DNA from: a virus
IMG/VR virus record: IMGVR_UViG_3300009159_000035
Length of the DNA: 64,000 nucleotides
Reading direction: 5' to 3' (one strand)
Part shown: positions 1 to 9,632 of the stretch, in pieces
How positions within the stretch are numbered: the first letter of the stretch is position 1
How the letters are laid out: each line of letters opens with the position of its first letter
Notes under the pieces: model-generated
What the model was told of the DNA's origin: nothing
Seen by the model: the letters and a program-made list of their open reading frames with translations, nothing else
Database searches by the model: none
Made by a program: the position numbers and the translations under genes

Positions 1-2
1 AT

Positions 3-110
3 GTTTCACTAGTTATAAATGAAGGAGCTCCAGCAAATTTATTAACCAGAGAATTTGGAATTCGGCAACAAGCTCTATATTTAAGGTACTGTATACAAAA
101 CGGAATTTAA
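3..110 (+). CDS. 3' end of a hypothetical protein (partial)
   Basis: Open frame from the window edge (VSLVINEGAPANLLTREFGIRQQALYLRYCIQNGI*) ending 2 nt before the next ATG. Confidence 0.6.
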   Translation, partial: VSLVINEGAPANLLTREFGIRQQALYLRYCIQNGI

Positions 111-112
111 TA

Positions 113-766
113 ATGAAATTAACAATTGAACCTCATCAGCGTGTTTGGTTTACTTCAGACACCCACTATATGCACTCTAATATTTGTAGAGGTACGTCTA
201 ATTGGGTAGAGGGCAGTAAGACTCGTGATTTTGACGAGCTTGAACAAATGAATGAGGTTATTATTGATAATATTAATAATTCAGTTAGGGAAGACGATAT
301 TCTATTTCATCTAGGCGATTGGTCATTTGGAGGATACGAGAATATTGAAGGGTTTAGGCAAAAGATTACGTGTAAGAATATTCATTTACTACTTGGAAAT
401 CACGACCATCACATTGAGAATGATAAGGGCGGCATTCAAAAACTGTTTAAGTCAGTTAATAATTATCTTAGACTTGAACTTAATATTTTAAAGCCGGAAG
501 ATAAAGAAACCATTCGTAAAACTTTTGTACTGTGCCATTACCCAATTGCAAGTTGGCATGATATGAACCGTGGAGTTATTCAATTGCATGGACATGTGCA
601 TTTACCGCCAGAGCTAAAGTTACATGAAGGTAAAGCAATGGATGTTGGAATGGATGGTAATTTATTGGAGCCCTATTCTTTACAAGAAATTTTACAAATA
701 ATGAGGGACCGCCCAATTAGGTGCCTTGAATTACCAAACGATCATCATGAGGATGGTGATCAATAA
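113..766 (+). CDS. Calcineurin-like metallophosphoesterase
   Basis: Motifs SDTH, LGDW, GNHD, HYP, HGHVH, DVG. Confidence 0.9.
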   Translation: MKLTIEPHQRVWFTSDTHYMHSNICRGTSNWVEGSKTRDFDELEQMNEVIIDNINNSVREDDILFHLGDWSFGGYENIEGFRQKITCKNIHLLLGNHDHHIENDKGGIQKLFKSVNNYLRLELNILKPEDKETIRKTFVLCHYPIASWHDMNRGVIQLHGHVHLPPELKLHEGKAMDVGMDGNLLEPYSLQEILQIMRDRPIRCLELPNDHHEDGDQ

Positions 767-784
767 TTTTAATTAAATTAAATA

Positions 785-1264
785 ATGATTCAACACATTG
801 ACGTCTTAATCAAGGACATAAATACAAAACCCAACTGGAGTGCAAAAGAACTTGCACCAAAATTACAGTCGCTATCTCATCAATTGGAGAATCAATTACA
901 GACAGAAGGTAAGGTTGTAAATTTTACTGGCGCTAGTAAAAAATCAAAAGTCAAAGTAATCCGAAAATACGATCTTCTCTATTTAGCAATAGTTGGAGTT
1001 CCGCATTATTTCCTAATCCATAAGATAGACAGAGACACGGTCTTTGGAATTATTTTTACCTCAACCAATAAACCCGAACACTGCATTCATGAAGTTATGG
1101 AGGACCGAATTCTTGAAGGATCCTTTGCTACTTGCACCTATTTTACAGTTTCATTAGCTGAAGCAATGGACTCTTTTATCCGAGTTTACGAAAGCAAAAA
1201 GGAAGCTGACGATATTTTTGTAAAGGTAAAAGCTCATTATAAAACAGTCTTTAATTTTAAATAA
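785..1264 (+). CDS. Hypothetical protein
   Basis: 159 aa ORF, no recognised motif. Confidence 0.6.
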   Translation: MIQHIDVLIKDINTKPNWSAKELAPKLQSLSHQLENQLQTEGKVVNFTGASKKSKVKVIRKYDLLYLAIVGVPHYFLIHKIDRDTVFGIIFTSTNKPEHCIHEVMEDRILEGSFATCTYFTVSLAEAMDSFIRVYESKKEADDIFVKVKAHYKTVFNFK

Positions 1265-1313
1265 TTAGTTCAGTATTATGTACCTTTGGGTATATTAATA
1301 TAAAGAATTAATT

Positions 1314-1856
1314 ATGAAAGCTCAAGATAATCCAAAAATTGATTGGATCATCTCTCAACACAGAGATACTAATCACATGTACGATACGTACTTACCTTAC
1401 GAATTCCATTTAAGAATGGCTGTAGAGGTTGCAACAAAATTCCAACACTTAATTACATATAAGCAAGATTTACCTAGTGTAATTCTTGGAGCATGGGGAC
1501 ATGATTTAATTGAAGATACTCGCGTTTCATATAACGATGTTAAACAAGAACTTGGAGAAATGGCAGCTGACATTATTTATGCATGCTCAAATGAAAAGGG
1601 TAAAAACCGAGAAGACCGAGCAAATCATAATTACTATAGAGTAATCCGATCAACTCCATATGCAGTATTTGTAAAGTTATGCGATCGTATTGCCAATGTG
1701 CAATATTCAAAAATGTCAGGCAGTCGTATGTTTGAAATGTACAATAAGGAAAATAAAGACTTTATGAATCAATTAGGCTGGACCTCTGAAGACATTCTTC
1801 ATGAATACTCTGATATGTATTGGTATTTAAGTCAGTTATTCAAAGCTGAAAATTAA
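1314..1856 (+). CDS. HD-domain phosphohydrolase (SpoT/Mesh1-like)
   Basis: PYxxHL, GHDLIEDT, VKLCDRIAN motifs. Confidence 0.85.
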   Translation: MKAQDNPKIDWIISQHRDTNHMYDTYLPYEFHLRMAVEVATKFQHLITYKQDLPSVILGAWGHDLIEDTRVSYNDVKQELGEMAADIIYACSNEKGKNREDRANHNYYRVIRSTPYAVFVKLCDRIANVQYSKMSGSRMFEMYNKENKDFMNQLGWTSEDILHEYSDMYWYLSQLFKAEN

Positions 1857-1874
1857 AAAAATTAAAAAATTATA

Positions 1875-1902
1875 AAACCGGTTTATTAAAATCAAGTAGA
1901 AC
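1875..1902 (+). promoter_or_regulatory. Putative AAAC-N18-TAGAAC early/middle promoter
   Basis: Same architecture as six other intergenic sites in the window. Confidence 0.4.
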
Positions 1903-1941
1903 AGTAATCAATTTGAATTTTTAATAAAACGATATAACATA

Positions 1942-3087
1942 ATGGAAAACAACGACTCAGTTTGCTATGTAGCAAGAATTAACGAAATTAGGCCCATTGA
2001 TGGTGCAGACAACATTGAATTAGCAATTGTTGGAGGATGGAATTGTATTACTAAAAAAGGAGAGTATAATGCTGGCGATTTAATTGTAGTTGCTACAACT
2101 GATGCAGTCATTCCACAAGAATTATCAGACGTAATGAACGTGACCAATTACCTACGCAAAGGTCAACGAGTACGTACTGTAAAATTACGTGGAGTTTACT
2201 CTGAATGTTTAATTATTCCTTTTGCTTATTGTAAAGATGGTGCTAAATTAGCCAATACCAAATGGAACGAAGGAGAAGATATGATGTTGTTCTTGGGTAT
2301 TTTTAAGTACGAACCTCCAATTAAACAGATAAGACTATCTTCTGGTAAAAAGATTCGCTATCAAGATAACCCTAATTTCCATGTTTACTACAAGTTTCCT
2401 AACTTGAAGAATGTAGCTGGGATGTTTACTGAAGAGGATATGGTAGAAATTACTCGTAAAATCCACGGAACAAATGCTCGTTATGGTATTGTAAAGAAAA
2501 CTAAATTAGCAGTTTGGGACAAAGTTAAAAAATTCTTTGGATTGGCTGATAAATGGATTGATTATGAATTTGTAGTTGGGTCTCATAATGTTGAAAAGGG
2601 TTCTGACTCTCAAGGTTTTTACGATACAAATGTTTGGTACCAAATTTCGGACAAATATGAAATCAAAAAGAAGTTATGGGAATATGTTAAGAGCGTTGCA
2701 ATGGAACCTGAAATTGGAGCTGGTATTACAATCTATGGAGAAATTTATGGAGTCGGAATTCAAAAAAATTATGAATATGGGCTAAAGGAAATTGAATTTG
2801 TTGGCTTTGATGTCAAAGAGAATGGCGAATACTTAAGTCCAATCAATTCTAAACTTTTAATAAAGCATATTTTAGACTTACCATACGTTGAGATCCTATA
2901 TTCAGGTAATTGGTCTCAGGCAGTTCAAGATAAATTTGTATTTAATAATTTTATTGCAGGCACTAAAGTACCAGAAGAAGGAATTGTAATTAAGTACCAT
3001 ACTGGAGAAAGAAGTAAAGTTGCAAAAGTAATCAACCCTGACTATTTGATCTATGGCGAGAAACACGATATTGGAGACTCACACTAA
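1942..3087 (+). CDS. RNA ligase (Rnl2/DRB0094 family) with N-terminal OB-like domain
   Basis: N-term IDGADNIE..., LRGVYSE; ligase motifs TRKIHGTN, YGEIYG, FDV, EEGIVIK, KVINPDYL. Confidence 0.9.
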   Translation: MENNDSVCYVARINEIRPIDGADNIELAIVGGWNCITKKGEYNAGDLIVVATTDAVIPQELSDVMNVTNYLRKGQRVRTVKLRGVYSECLIIPFAYCKDGAKLANTKWNEGEDMMLFLGIFKYEPPIKQIRLSSGKKIRYQDNPNFHVYYKFPNLKNVAGMFTEEDMVEITRKIHGTNARYGIVKKTKLAVWDKVKKFFGLADKWIDYEFVVGSHNVEKGSDSQGFYDTNVWYQISDKYEIKKKLWEYVKSVAMEPEIGAGITIYGEIYGVGIQKNYEYGLKEIEFVGFDVKENGEYLSPINSKLLIKHILDLPYVEILYSGNWSQAVQDKFVFNNFIAGTKVPEEGIVIKYHTGERSKVAKVINPDYLIYGEKHDIGDSH

Positions 3088-3093
3088 CCTCTA

Positions 3094-3444
3094 ATGATAA
3101 ATCTCAAGACACTAATAATAGGAATGTTATTTGGGCTTATAGCTCAAGTGCTAACCTTCTTTCAGCTACAAGGACAAATGCGATATGAGTGGTTTAAAAA
3201 CCACTATTGGGCAATAGTGTTAATGGGTATTCCAATATCAATGACGTTTATGTATTCGGTAAAGAATATGATAATAGCATTTGACGGTCAAATGTGGCCA
3301 TCTCGATTAATTGGTTTTAGCATAGGAGCAATCTCATTTACCTACCTAAGCTATGTTATATTTAATGAGCCTATTACCGCAAAGACATTAGTGTGCTTGG
3401 CATTAGCCGTTGCAATATTATTAATACAATTATTTTGGAAATAA
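3094..3444 (+). CDS. Small multi-pass membrane protein (DMT/SMR-like)
   Basis: About four hydrophobic helices, FNEPIT..K pattern. Confidence 0.65.
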   Translation: MINLKTLIIGMLFGLIAQVLTFFQLQGQMRYEWFKNHYWAIVLMGIPISMTFMYSVKNMIIAFDGQMWPSRLIGFSIGAISFTYLSYVIFNEPITAKTLVCLALAVAILLIQLFWK

Positions 3445-3445
3445 A

Positions 3446-3913
3446 ATGGAAGAAAATAAATTAGTTAGAATTTACCTAGACGATGTTAGAACACCAATTG
3501 AAAAGGATTGGATAGTTGTTAGAAATTATCAGGAGTTCAAGGATAGAGTCAATGAAATTGGAATAACGAATATTCATATTATCTCGTTAGATCACGACTT
3601 GGGTGACTCAGCAATGTCGGAGTATTTTACAAATGTAAGTCCAAATTATAAATTAGACTATAATAATATTACAGAAAAAACTGGAATGGACTGTACCAAA
3701 TGGTTAGTTAATAAGTTCTATGACGAAAATCCAAAACGGCTTGATATGAGTCGTCAAGATAAACGCAATGTGCCTATTAAGTTTCCAGAAGTTTACGTAC
3801 ACTCAGCAAATCCAATTGGGTCAGCTAATATGATGGGGTATTTTAATAATTTCTTTATGAATGAAGGCGAGCCTCAAAATTGTGTACGCGTTCAGATACC
3901 TCATACAGTTTAA
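3446..3913 (+). CDS. Cyclic-phosphate-processing receiver-like domain protein
   Basis: IYLDDVR, ISLDHDLG, TGMDC, HSANPIG motifs. Confidence 0.8.
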   Translation: MEENKLVRIYLDDVRTPIEKDWIVVRNYQEFKDRVNEIGITNIHIISLDHDLGDSAMSEYFTNVSPNYKLDYNNITEKTGMDCTKWLVNKFYDENPKRLDMSRQDKRNVPIKFPEVYVHSANPIGSANMMGYFNNFFMNEGEPQNCVRVQIPHTV

Positions 3914-3936
3914 GTTGGTATAATAATTATAAGATT

Positions 3937-4014
3937 GCCCTCTTGGCGGAATTGGTAGACGCGCTAGACTTAGGATCTAGTCTTCGGGTAAGAGTTCGAG
4001 TCTCTTAGAGGGTA
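3937..4014 (+). tRNA. tRNA-Leu (anticodon TAG)
   Basis: Acceptor GCCCTCT/AGAGGGT, D arm GGCGGAATTGGTAGACGC, anticodon stem CTAGA-CTTAGGA-TCTAG, T arm AAGAG-TTCGAGT-CTCTT; no encoded CCA. Confidence 0.93.
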
Positions 4015-4034
4015 CAAATTGGTATAATATAATT

Positions 4035-4742
4035 ATGAAATTAGTAGAATATAACGAAGATAACCTCATCACCTATACCCTATATGAAGTTGCTCCAAAA
4101 ATCTATGTAGTAGAAGCAGCCGATGATTATGCTAGAGCAATGCTATTTGTTAGAGCTCAAGAATATTACGAATCATCTTATCCTGAATTTAGAAAAAAGA
4201 ACTTTTGTATTTTTGAATATATGAATAAGTACCGTAAAGAAAGAGGCACTAAATATTTTGGATATACTAAAGATTGGAGTGGCTATAATATTCCAAGTGA
4301 TTCTCTTGAATCATGCCTTAATGGACTAGATGCTAGTAAAGTTTTAACTACTCCATATGATATTCTTATGCATGCAATATATGCAACAATTCGTAAGCAC
4401 CAACCTCGTGGAAAGTTTTATATATTGGGAGTAGATGATATTAAGTCGCAAGTAATGGATCATGAACTTTCACATGCACTATTCTATACAAATAAAGAAT
4501 ACAAGGCTGAAATGATGGAGTTAATTTTATTGTTAAAATCAAATGTATATAATCAATTAGAAGCATACTTATCTCAAATGGGTTATGTTAGGCAAGTTAT
4601 GGTTGACGAAATCCATGCATATCTTTCAACTGGCTTGATTAAGCCAATGGACCGAGCTAGAGGTTCAATTGCCGCATCAAAGAAATTTAAAAAAGTTTTT
4701 AAAGAATACAGGAAAAAATTTAATTTAAAACTTGATGTATAA
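4035..4742 (+). CDS. Hypothetical protein with HExxH (zincin-like) motif
   Basis: DHELSHALF and downstream DEIHAY. Confidence 0.65.
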   Translation: MKLVEYNEDNLITYTLYEVAPKIYVVEAADDYARAMLFVRAQEYYESSYPEFRKKNFCIFEYMNKYRKERGTKYFGYTKDWSGYNIPSDSLESCLNGLDASKVLTTPYDILMHAIYATIRKHQPRGKFYILGVDDIKSQVMDHELSHALFYTNKEYKAEMMELILLLKSNVYNQLEAYLSQMGYVRQVMVDEIHAYLSTGLIKPMDRARGSIAASKKFKKVFKEYRKKFNLKLDV

Positions 4743-4938
4743 ATTTGAATTAGTTGATTCCGAAATTAAAAAATTCGAGAAGTGGAAAAAGAAACAAAAA
4801 AAGAAGAACCAATTCATGCCAACTGCTGGTGAAAGATGGACTTTTATGTTTACTCCAACTGGAATTGGTACAGTAGTTGAAGTAAAAGACCAAACTACTG
4901 GAGACGTACTTGACTTAACTGATTGGGACTTATGGTAA
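4732..4938 (+). CDS. Hypothetical phage protein
   Basis: 68 aa, FTPTGIG..DLTDW pattern, overlaps neighbouring genes. Confidence 0.7.
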   Translation: MMYKFELVDSEIKKFEKWKKKQKKKNQFMPTAGERWTFMFTPTGIGTVVEVKDQTTGDVLDLTDWDLW

Positions 4939-5249
4939 ATTATGAAACTTGTAACTGTGGTAAAAAAGCAACCTGGCTATATGCGCCTTCAACGGATTCT
5001 ACAGAGAATCCTTTTCACTGTGATGATTGCGTTCCTCGCGGTTGTTCTTGTAATAGCTACCATACTGACCCAAACGCTTATCATCCTCCTCTCGAAAATC
5101 CTGAATTACCGGAAGGCATTGAAAACAAAGATTGGCACTGGAAGAATAAAGAAAAAACTGAATGGTGCCGATTAGATGATGAGGGCCGAGAATATCCATG
5201 TTGTGAATTTTGGTATGACGAAAATGGCTATGAAATTGAAGAAAAATAA
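4932..5249 (+). CDS. Cys-rich hypothetical protein
   Basis: CxC, CDDCVPRGCSC, PCCE; ATG at 4932 preferred over the track start at 4923. Confidence 0.7.
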   Translation: MVNYETCNCGKKATWLYAPSTDSTENPFHCDDCVPRGCSCNSYHTDPNAYHPPLENPELPEGIENKDWHWKNKEKTEWCRLDDEGREYPCCEFWYDENGYEIEEK

Positions 5250-5259
5250 ATTATAGATT

Positions 5260-5946
5260 ATGAGAACTTTAGTAATATCAGATATACACATTGGATCTAA
5301 AGGTTGCAATACTGAAGCAATTACAATGTTATTAAAAACAGAAACATTTGATCGACTGATTTTAGTTGGCGATATTATTGATGGATGGCTCTTTACTAAA
5401 TATAAAAAGTTTTCTCAAGACCATACTAACTTAATAAGAAAATTTCTAAAGATTTCAAAGAGAATGGAAGTTATTTGGATAGCTGGCAATCATGATGAGT
5501 TCCTAAGAAAATATTTGCCAGTTGATATTGGTAATATTATAGTAGTTGATGAATGGACTGAAGATGGAATATGGTTTTGTCATGGAGACAAATACGATGG
5601 AATTGTTAAGATGCGCTGGTTGGGAATGTTAGGTTCAATTGGCTATGACTTGGCAATTGAACTAGACCGATTTATAAAAAGATTTGGTAAAAAAACAAGT
5701 TTGTCAAAATACTTAAAGGATAATGTAAAGGCCGCTGTTTCATTTATGGTTGATTTTGAAAATGAAATGGTTCGTCAAGCAAAAAAGAGAAACTGTCATA
5801 CTGTTGTATGCGGCCACATTCATACTCCAGCAGACAAAGAAATAGACGGAGTTCGCTACTTAAATACTGGCGACTGGATTGAAAATACTTCATATGTTAT
5901 ATATGAGTCAACTAAAAACACTAACTGGCTAACCTTATTTAGATAA
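5260..5946 (+). CDS. LpxH/PlcP-like metallophosphoesterase
   Basis: ISDIHIG, GDIIDGW, GNHDE, HGDKYD, CGHIH, NTGDWIE. Confidence 0.85.
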   Translation: MRTLVISDIHIGSKGCNTEAITMLLKTETFDRLILVGDIIDGWLFTKYKKFSQDHTNLIRKFLKISKRMEVIWIAGNHDEFLRKYLPVDIGNIIVVDEWTEDGIWFCHGDKYDGIVKMRWLGMLGSIGYDLAIELDRFIKRFGKKTSLSKYLKDNVKAAVSFMVDFENEMVRQAKKRNCHTVVCGHIHTPADKEIDGVRYLNTGDWIENTSYVIYESTKNTNWLTLFR

Positions 5947-6662
5947 TGATTAATGATTTAACTATTATAATTCCATGCTATAATGAAGAGGCATATATTG
6001 GTAGAACTCTTAGAGCTATATTAAGACAGAAAGAATGTGCTGGTGTTAAAATAATTATAGCAGATGCTGGATCAACCGATCAAACCGTTAATATAATTAA
6101 TTCAATAGCTCTAAAATTTAATCTAAATGTTGAAATAATTAAAGGAGGGTTGCCTGCAATTGGCCGAAACGCTGGTGCTCAAATATCAACTACTTCATTA
6201 TTGCTATTTCTAGATGCTGATATTACATTTACACATAAAAGAGTTATTATTGAATCGGTTAATACGCTCATTGCTGGTAATTATGCAGTACTTGGAACAA
6301 ACCCTAAATATAAAGGAGAATTTGATTTACGAGCAAATTTTATATTTTGGATAAATGGATTAACTACTTGGTATCTTTCTAAAACTAAACCATTTGCAAT
6401 TGGCGGATTTATGTTGATACGTAGATTTATTTTTAATAACCTTGGCGGATTTGACGAGCTTGCACATCAAAGTGAAGACTGGTTATTAAGCAGAAAAATA
6501 AAGCCTACTAAATTTAAACTTATACCTAACCTGATTACACAGGACAATCGCCGATTTAAAAAATATGGATACCTTAATATGATTTGGCTAGTTATTAAAA
6601 ATTGGCTGAATCGTAATAATGAATTGCATTTTTATAAAGACCAAAAATATTGGCATAACTAA
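5946..6662 (+). CDS. Glycosyltransferase family 2
   Basis: IIIPCYNEE, DAGSTD, RNAGA, FLDAD, GGFDE..SED. Confidence 0.92.
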   Translation: MINDLTIIIPCYNEEAYIGRTLRAILRQKECAGVKIIIADAGSTDQTVNIINSIALKFNLNVEIIKGGLPAIGRNAGAQISTTSLLLFLDADITFTHKRVIIESVNTLIAGNYAVLGTNPKYKGEFDLRANFIFWINGLTTWYLSKTKPFAIGGFMLIRRFIFNNLGGFDELAHQSEDWLLSRKIKPTKFKLIPNLITQDNRRFKKYGYLNMIWLVIKNWLNRNNELHFYKDQKYWHN

Positions 6663-6664
6663 CT

Positions 6665-8401
6665 ATGACTAAACTCCAAGAGGAATTTGAACAATTTGTA
6701 AAAGGAAAACACCCAGGACTGGAGTTTCGGCCTCAACAAAAAGAGGCAATACTTGATATAATCTCTGCATATAACAATGATCCTAATGGTATCTACTTAT
6801 TAGATGCCCCAACTGGTTCAGGTAAATCAGTAATTGCAATGGTGTTTGCAGACTTTCTTGCATTTAAAGGCAACCGTGGTTATATTCTTGCATCTGATCT
6901 TTCGCTACATGAACAATACGTAAAGGACTTTCGTAAACTACAGTTATGGAATTGGGGTAATATCAAGGGTGTTGATAATTATAAGTGCGTAGTTAATGAC
7001 GAAAAATTTTCAATAGGCGAATGTAAAAGTAAAGGAACTTCATATGAAGCTGCTGAATCATTACCATGTTTTAAACAATGTGGGTATTTAACATCACGTA
7101 AAAAATCAATTAAATCTCCAATTGCACTACTTACTTATCCATATGCCTTAATTCAAAGAAATTATGTTGAGGATAAGCAGCAAGGCAAAGGTAAAGGCTC
7201 TCCATTTCCACAAAGAGATTTTGTAGTTTGCGATGAGGCTCATAAATTATTAGATATTGTACAGAGCCACTTTAGTCCAATAGTATCAAAGGAAATTGTA
7301 AAGAAGGCTGAAAAATTATTGGAGGGACTTGGCGATATTGGTCAAGCTGTACCAAAAATAAATCTTGAAAGACTTGAGAAAATAATAGACCGCATTTATG
7401 CAGATGATGATCAAGCAAATTTACTTAAGCTATTAAGAGAAGTTACTAAAGTACTTGGCGAAGTTATGAAAGCAACTGGCCCTCTTAGAGAAAATGCCTC
7501 AGCTGACTTTATTGAAGGTAGCGTTCCACTTGAATGGCTTGCGGTTTTTAACCTAGCCGACTGGTGTAAAGACGTGCACTGTAAACTTGAAGACTATTGC
7601 GAAATTGTTGGAAAGGTTGGCGTTGAAAAGCTAATTAAAAACCCTGGAGAAAAAGCCTTGGTTTTTAACTGTATTGACGAGTACTACTTATTAAAAAAGC
7701 ACTTCTATACTAAATTTGGGTTTAAGTTGTTAATGACGGCTACTATGGGTAACCCTAGTGACTTCATGAGAAATCACGGTATCAAGTCAGCCAAGTACTT
7801 TAAAATAGAGAGCCATTTTAATTGGGAAAAGTCGCCAATCATTTTTTATCCAGGTAAAAAAATGTCAACCCGATTTCTGGTTGATAATATGCAATGGGCG
7901 ATTGATACGGTAACCCGAATTGTCCGAGAGCATTCTGAGGACTCTGGGATCATTCATTCCGGTTCATATGAATTGAATACTAAGATTTGGACAGGGCTTC
8001 CTAAAGACGTTAAGAAACGCATTTTACTCTATAAAGGTTCTGAAGAAAAGGACCAGGCTCTAAAGAAAATGAGCAAAAAGAAAGGGCTTGTATTAATGGG
8101 GCCTTCTATTTTAGAAGGTTTAAATATGGTAGACGACCAGAGCAGATTTCAAATTTTTTTAAAGGTTCCGTATCCACATCTTGGCGATAAGTATGTTGCT
8201 GCTAAACTGGAATATTCGCAAGCTTGGTATAACTGGAAGACTGCAATTGGGGTATTGCAAGGAGTCGGTCGATCAATCCGTACGCCAGATGATTGGGCTA
8301 TTACTTATTTACTAGATGGGTGCTTTGCTGATCTTATGAAGTCAGCTGGCGATCAATTTCCACCAGAATTTAAAGCCAGACTGAAAGTAGAGTATAAATA
8401 A
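6665..8401 (+). CDS. DinG/XPD-family SF2 helicase
   Basis: Q motif RPQQ, APTGSGKS, Cys cluster, DEAH, TATM, KVPYP, QGVGRSIR...LLD. Confidence 0.9.
   Translation: MTKLQEEFEQFVKGKHPGLEFRPQQKEAILDIISAYNNDPNGIYLLDAPTGSGKSVIAMVFADFLAFKGNRGYILASDLSLHEQYVKDFRKLQLWNWGNIKGVDNYKCVVNDEKFSIGECKSKGTSYEAAESLPCFKQCGYLTSRKKSIKSPIALLTYPYALIQRNYVEDKQQGKGKGSPFPQRDFVVCDEAHKLLDIVQSHFSPIVSKEIVKKAEKLLEGLGDIGQAVPKINLERLEKIIDRIYADDDQANLLKLLREVTKVLGEVMKATGPLRENASADFIEGSVPLEWLAVFNLADWCKDVHCKLEDYCEIVGKVGVEKLIKNPGEKALVFNCIDEYYLLKKHFYTKFGFKLLMTATMGNPSDFMRNHGIKSAKYFKIESHFNWEKSPIIFYPGKKMSTRFLVDNMQWAIDTVTRIVREHSEDSGIIHSGSYELNTKIWTGLPKDVKKRILLYKGSEEKDQALKKMSKKKGLVLMGPSILEGLNMVDDQSRFQIFLKVPYPHLGDKYVAAKLEYSQAWYNWKTAIGVLQGVGRSIRTPDDWAITYLLDGCFADLMKSAGDQFPPEFKARLKVEYK
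8393..8401 (+). promoter_or_regulatory. T4-like late promoter TATAAATA
   Basis: Exact T4 late consensus 23 nt before the start at 8424. Confidence 0.7.
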
Positions 8402-8423
8402 CCCTAAATACTAGGTAACTTTA

Positions 8424-8819
8424 ATGTCTATACTTAACTGGGAATTATATCACCAAACTAAAGAAGTTAGTAAAATCTATACTACTTCAATATTTGAAGC
8501 AAAGAAACCTGAAACCTTTGAACAATTTGCAAGTAATCGACTTGCTGGAGCAATTAAGATTGCTGAAACTACCAAAGCAAAAGGCGGAGACTCTCTATTA
8601 ACATATCAACACTATAAAGTTAAGTTACCGTATTATAAAAAGGCGGCAGCTGGTAAATTTAATATCCAAGAAGCTAAAGCTGAACTAAAAAAATTACACA
8701 CCTACCTTCATGCAATCATTGATAAATTTGAGGCAAAGGGTCAAACTCCATTTCAACAAGTAATGGGAAAGATTGAAGTAGTTGGTGAATTAATAATTAA
8801 ATACAATGAAACACATTAA
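8424..8819 (+). CDS. Hypothetical late protein
   Basis: 131 aa, follows the late promoter. Confidence 0.7.
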   Translation: MSILNWELYHQTKEVSKIYTTSIFEAKKPETFEQFASNRLAGAIKIAETTKAKGGDSLLTYQHYKVKLPYYKKAAAGKFNIQEAKAELKKLHTYLHAIIDKFEAKGQTPFQQVMGKIEVVGELIIKYNETH

Positions 8820-9621
8820 ATTATTTAGCGGTTGGATAAATGAGGCATTAACCGCTGATCAAATAGCTAATCAAATTCAAGCCGCAATTTCTGGCAATGG
8901 AACAGAAGAATTTGATTTAAGTACTGCAATTAAGTTAATTCCAGATGCAGAAACAATGGTTAAAGTAAATCAAGCTTTAAAATTGGGAATGCAAACTAAG
9001 AGTTGGGAATATGGTAGTATAGGTGATGCAGTTAATGGCGAACTTGGTATATTTGATCAAACTTATAAAGATCAAATATCTGCACATATTAAGAATATAA
9101 GCGCAAAAAAATACTCAGGATCAGTTAGTAATACTCAGTCAACCATTGCTGCTAATAAAGCAGTATTAGTTGGTGGACTAAATGATCGGCCCGGAGATAA
9201 ACCAACTGCTGAACAAACCTCTATATTAAGTAAATCAACCGGTCTTCCATTAATGAAAGGGTTTGATTATGATGAAAGTGATGATACCATATTGAGGTAT
9301 TTAAAATCTAACCCAGGTATTCCAGTGTTTTTATTTAGTGCCGGCTGTAAAAAAGCAGAAGTTTTAAGTAACTCAGCTTATGTTAATAAAAACCAGTTAT
9401 ATATTATTGAACCATTTGCCTCAAGTAAAACTACAAAAGACATTATTAATAAGGCCGTTAATAATGGAGTTCCTGCAAAGAATGTGTATGTTGGGAAAAA
9501 CTCATCAAGAGGGTACGGTGTGGTTAGCGGAACCTCTGATTCCAAAGCAAAACTTCATTGGGACGCACTTGTATCCGTTGGTAATATGGTATCTACTGAG
9601 TTAAATAAAAGTACTATTTAA
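8806..9621 (+). CDS. Hypothetical protein: CTS-like leader, annexin-like repeat, alpha/beta-hydrolase-like C-terminus
   Basis: MKHIKLFSGWINE; IANQIQAAISGNGTEE; LVGGL...FLFSAG...H. Confidence 0.6.
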   Translation: MKHIKLFSGWINEALTADQIANQIQAAISGNGTEEFDLSTAIKLIPDAETMVKVNQALKLGMQTKSWEYGSIGDAVNGELGIFDQTYKDQISAHIKNISAKKYSGSVSNTQSTIAANKAVLVGGLNDRPGDKPTAEQTSILSKSTGLPLMKGFDYDESDDTILRYLKSNPGIPVFLFSAGCKKAEVLSNSAYVNKNQLYIIEPFASSKTTKDIINKAVNNGVPAKNVYVGKNSSRGYGVVSGTSDSKAKLHWDALVSVGNMVSTELNKSTI

Positions 9622-9632
9622 AAAACCAAAAT

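Noticed and set aside
785-1264. PemK/MazF-like toxin
   Set aside because: Only a vague resemblance (PHYFLI...IIFTS); catalytic residues are not recognisable.
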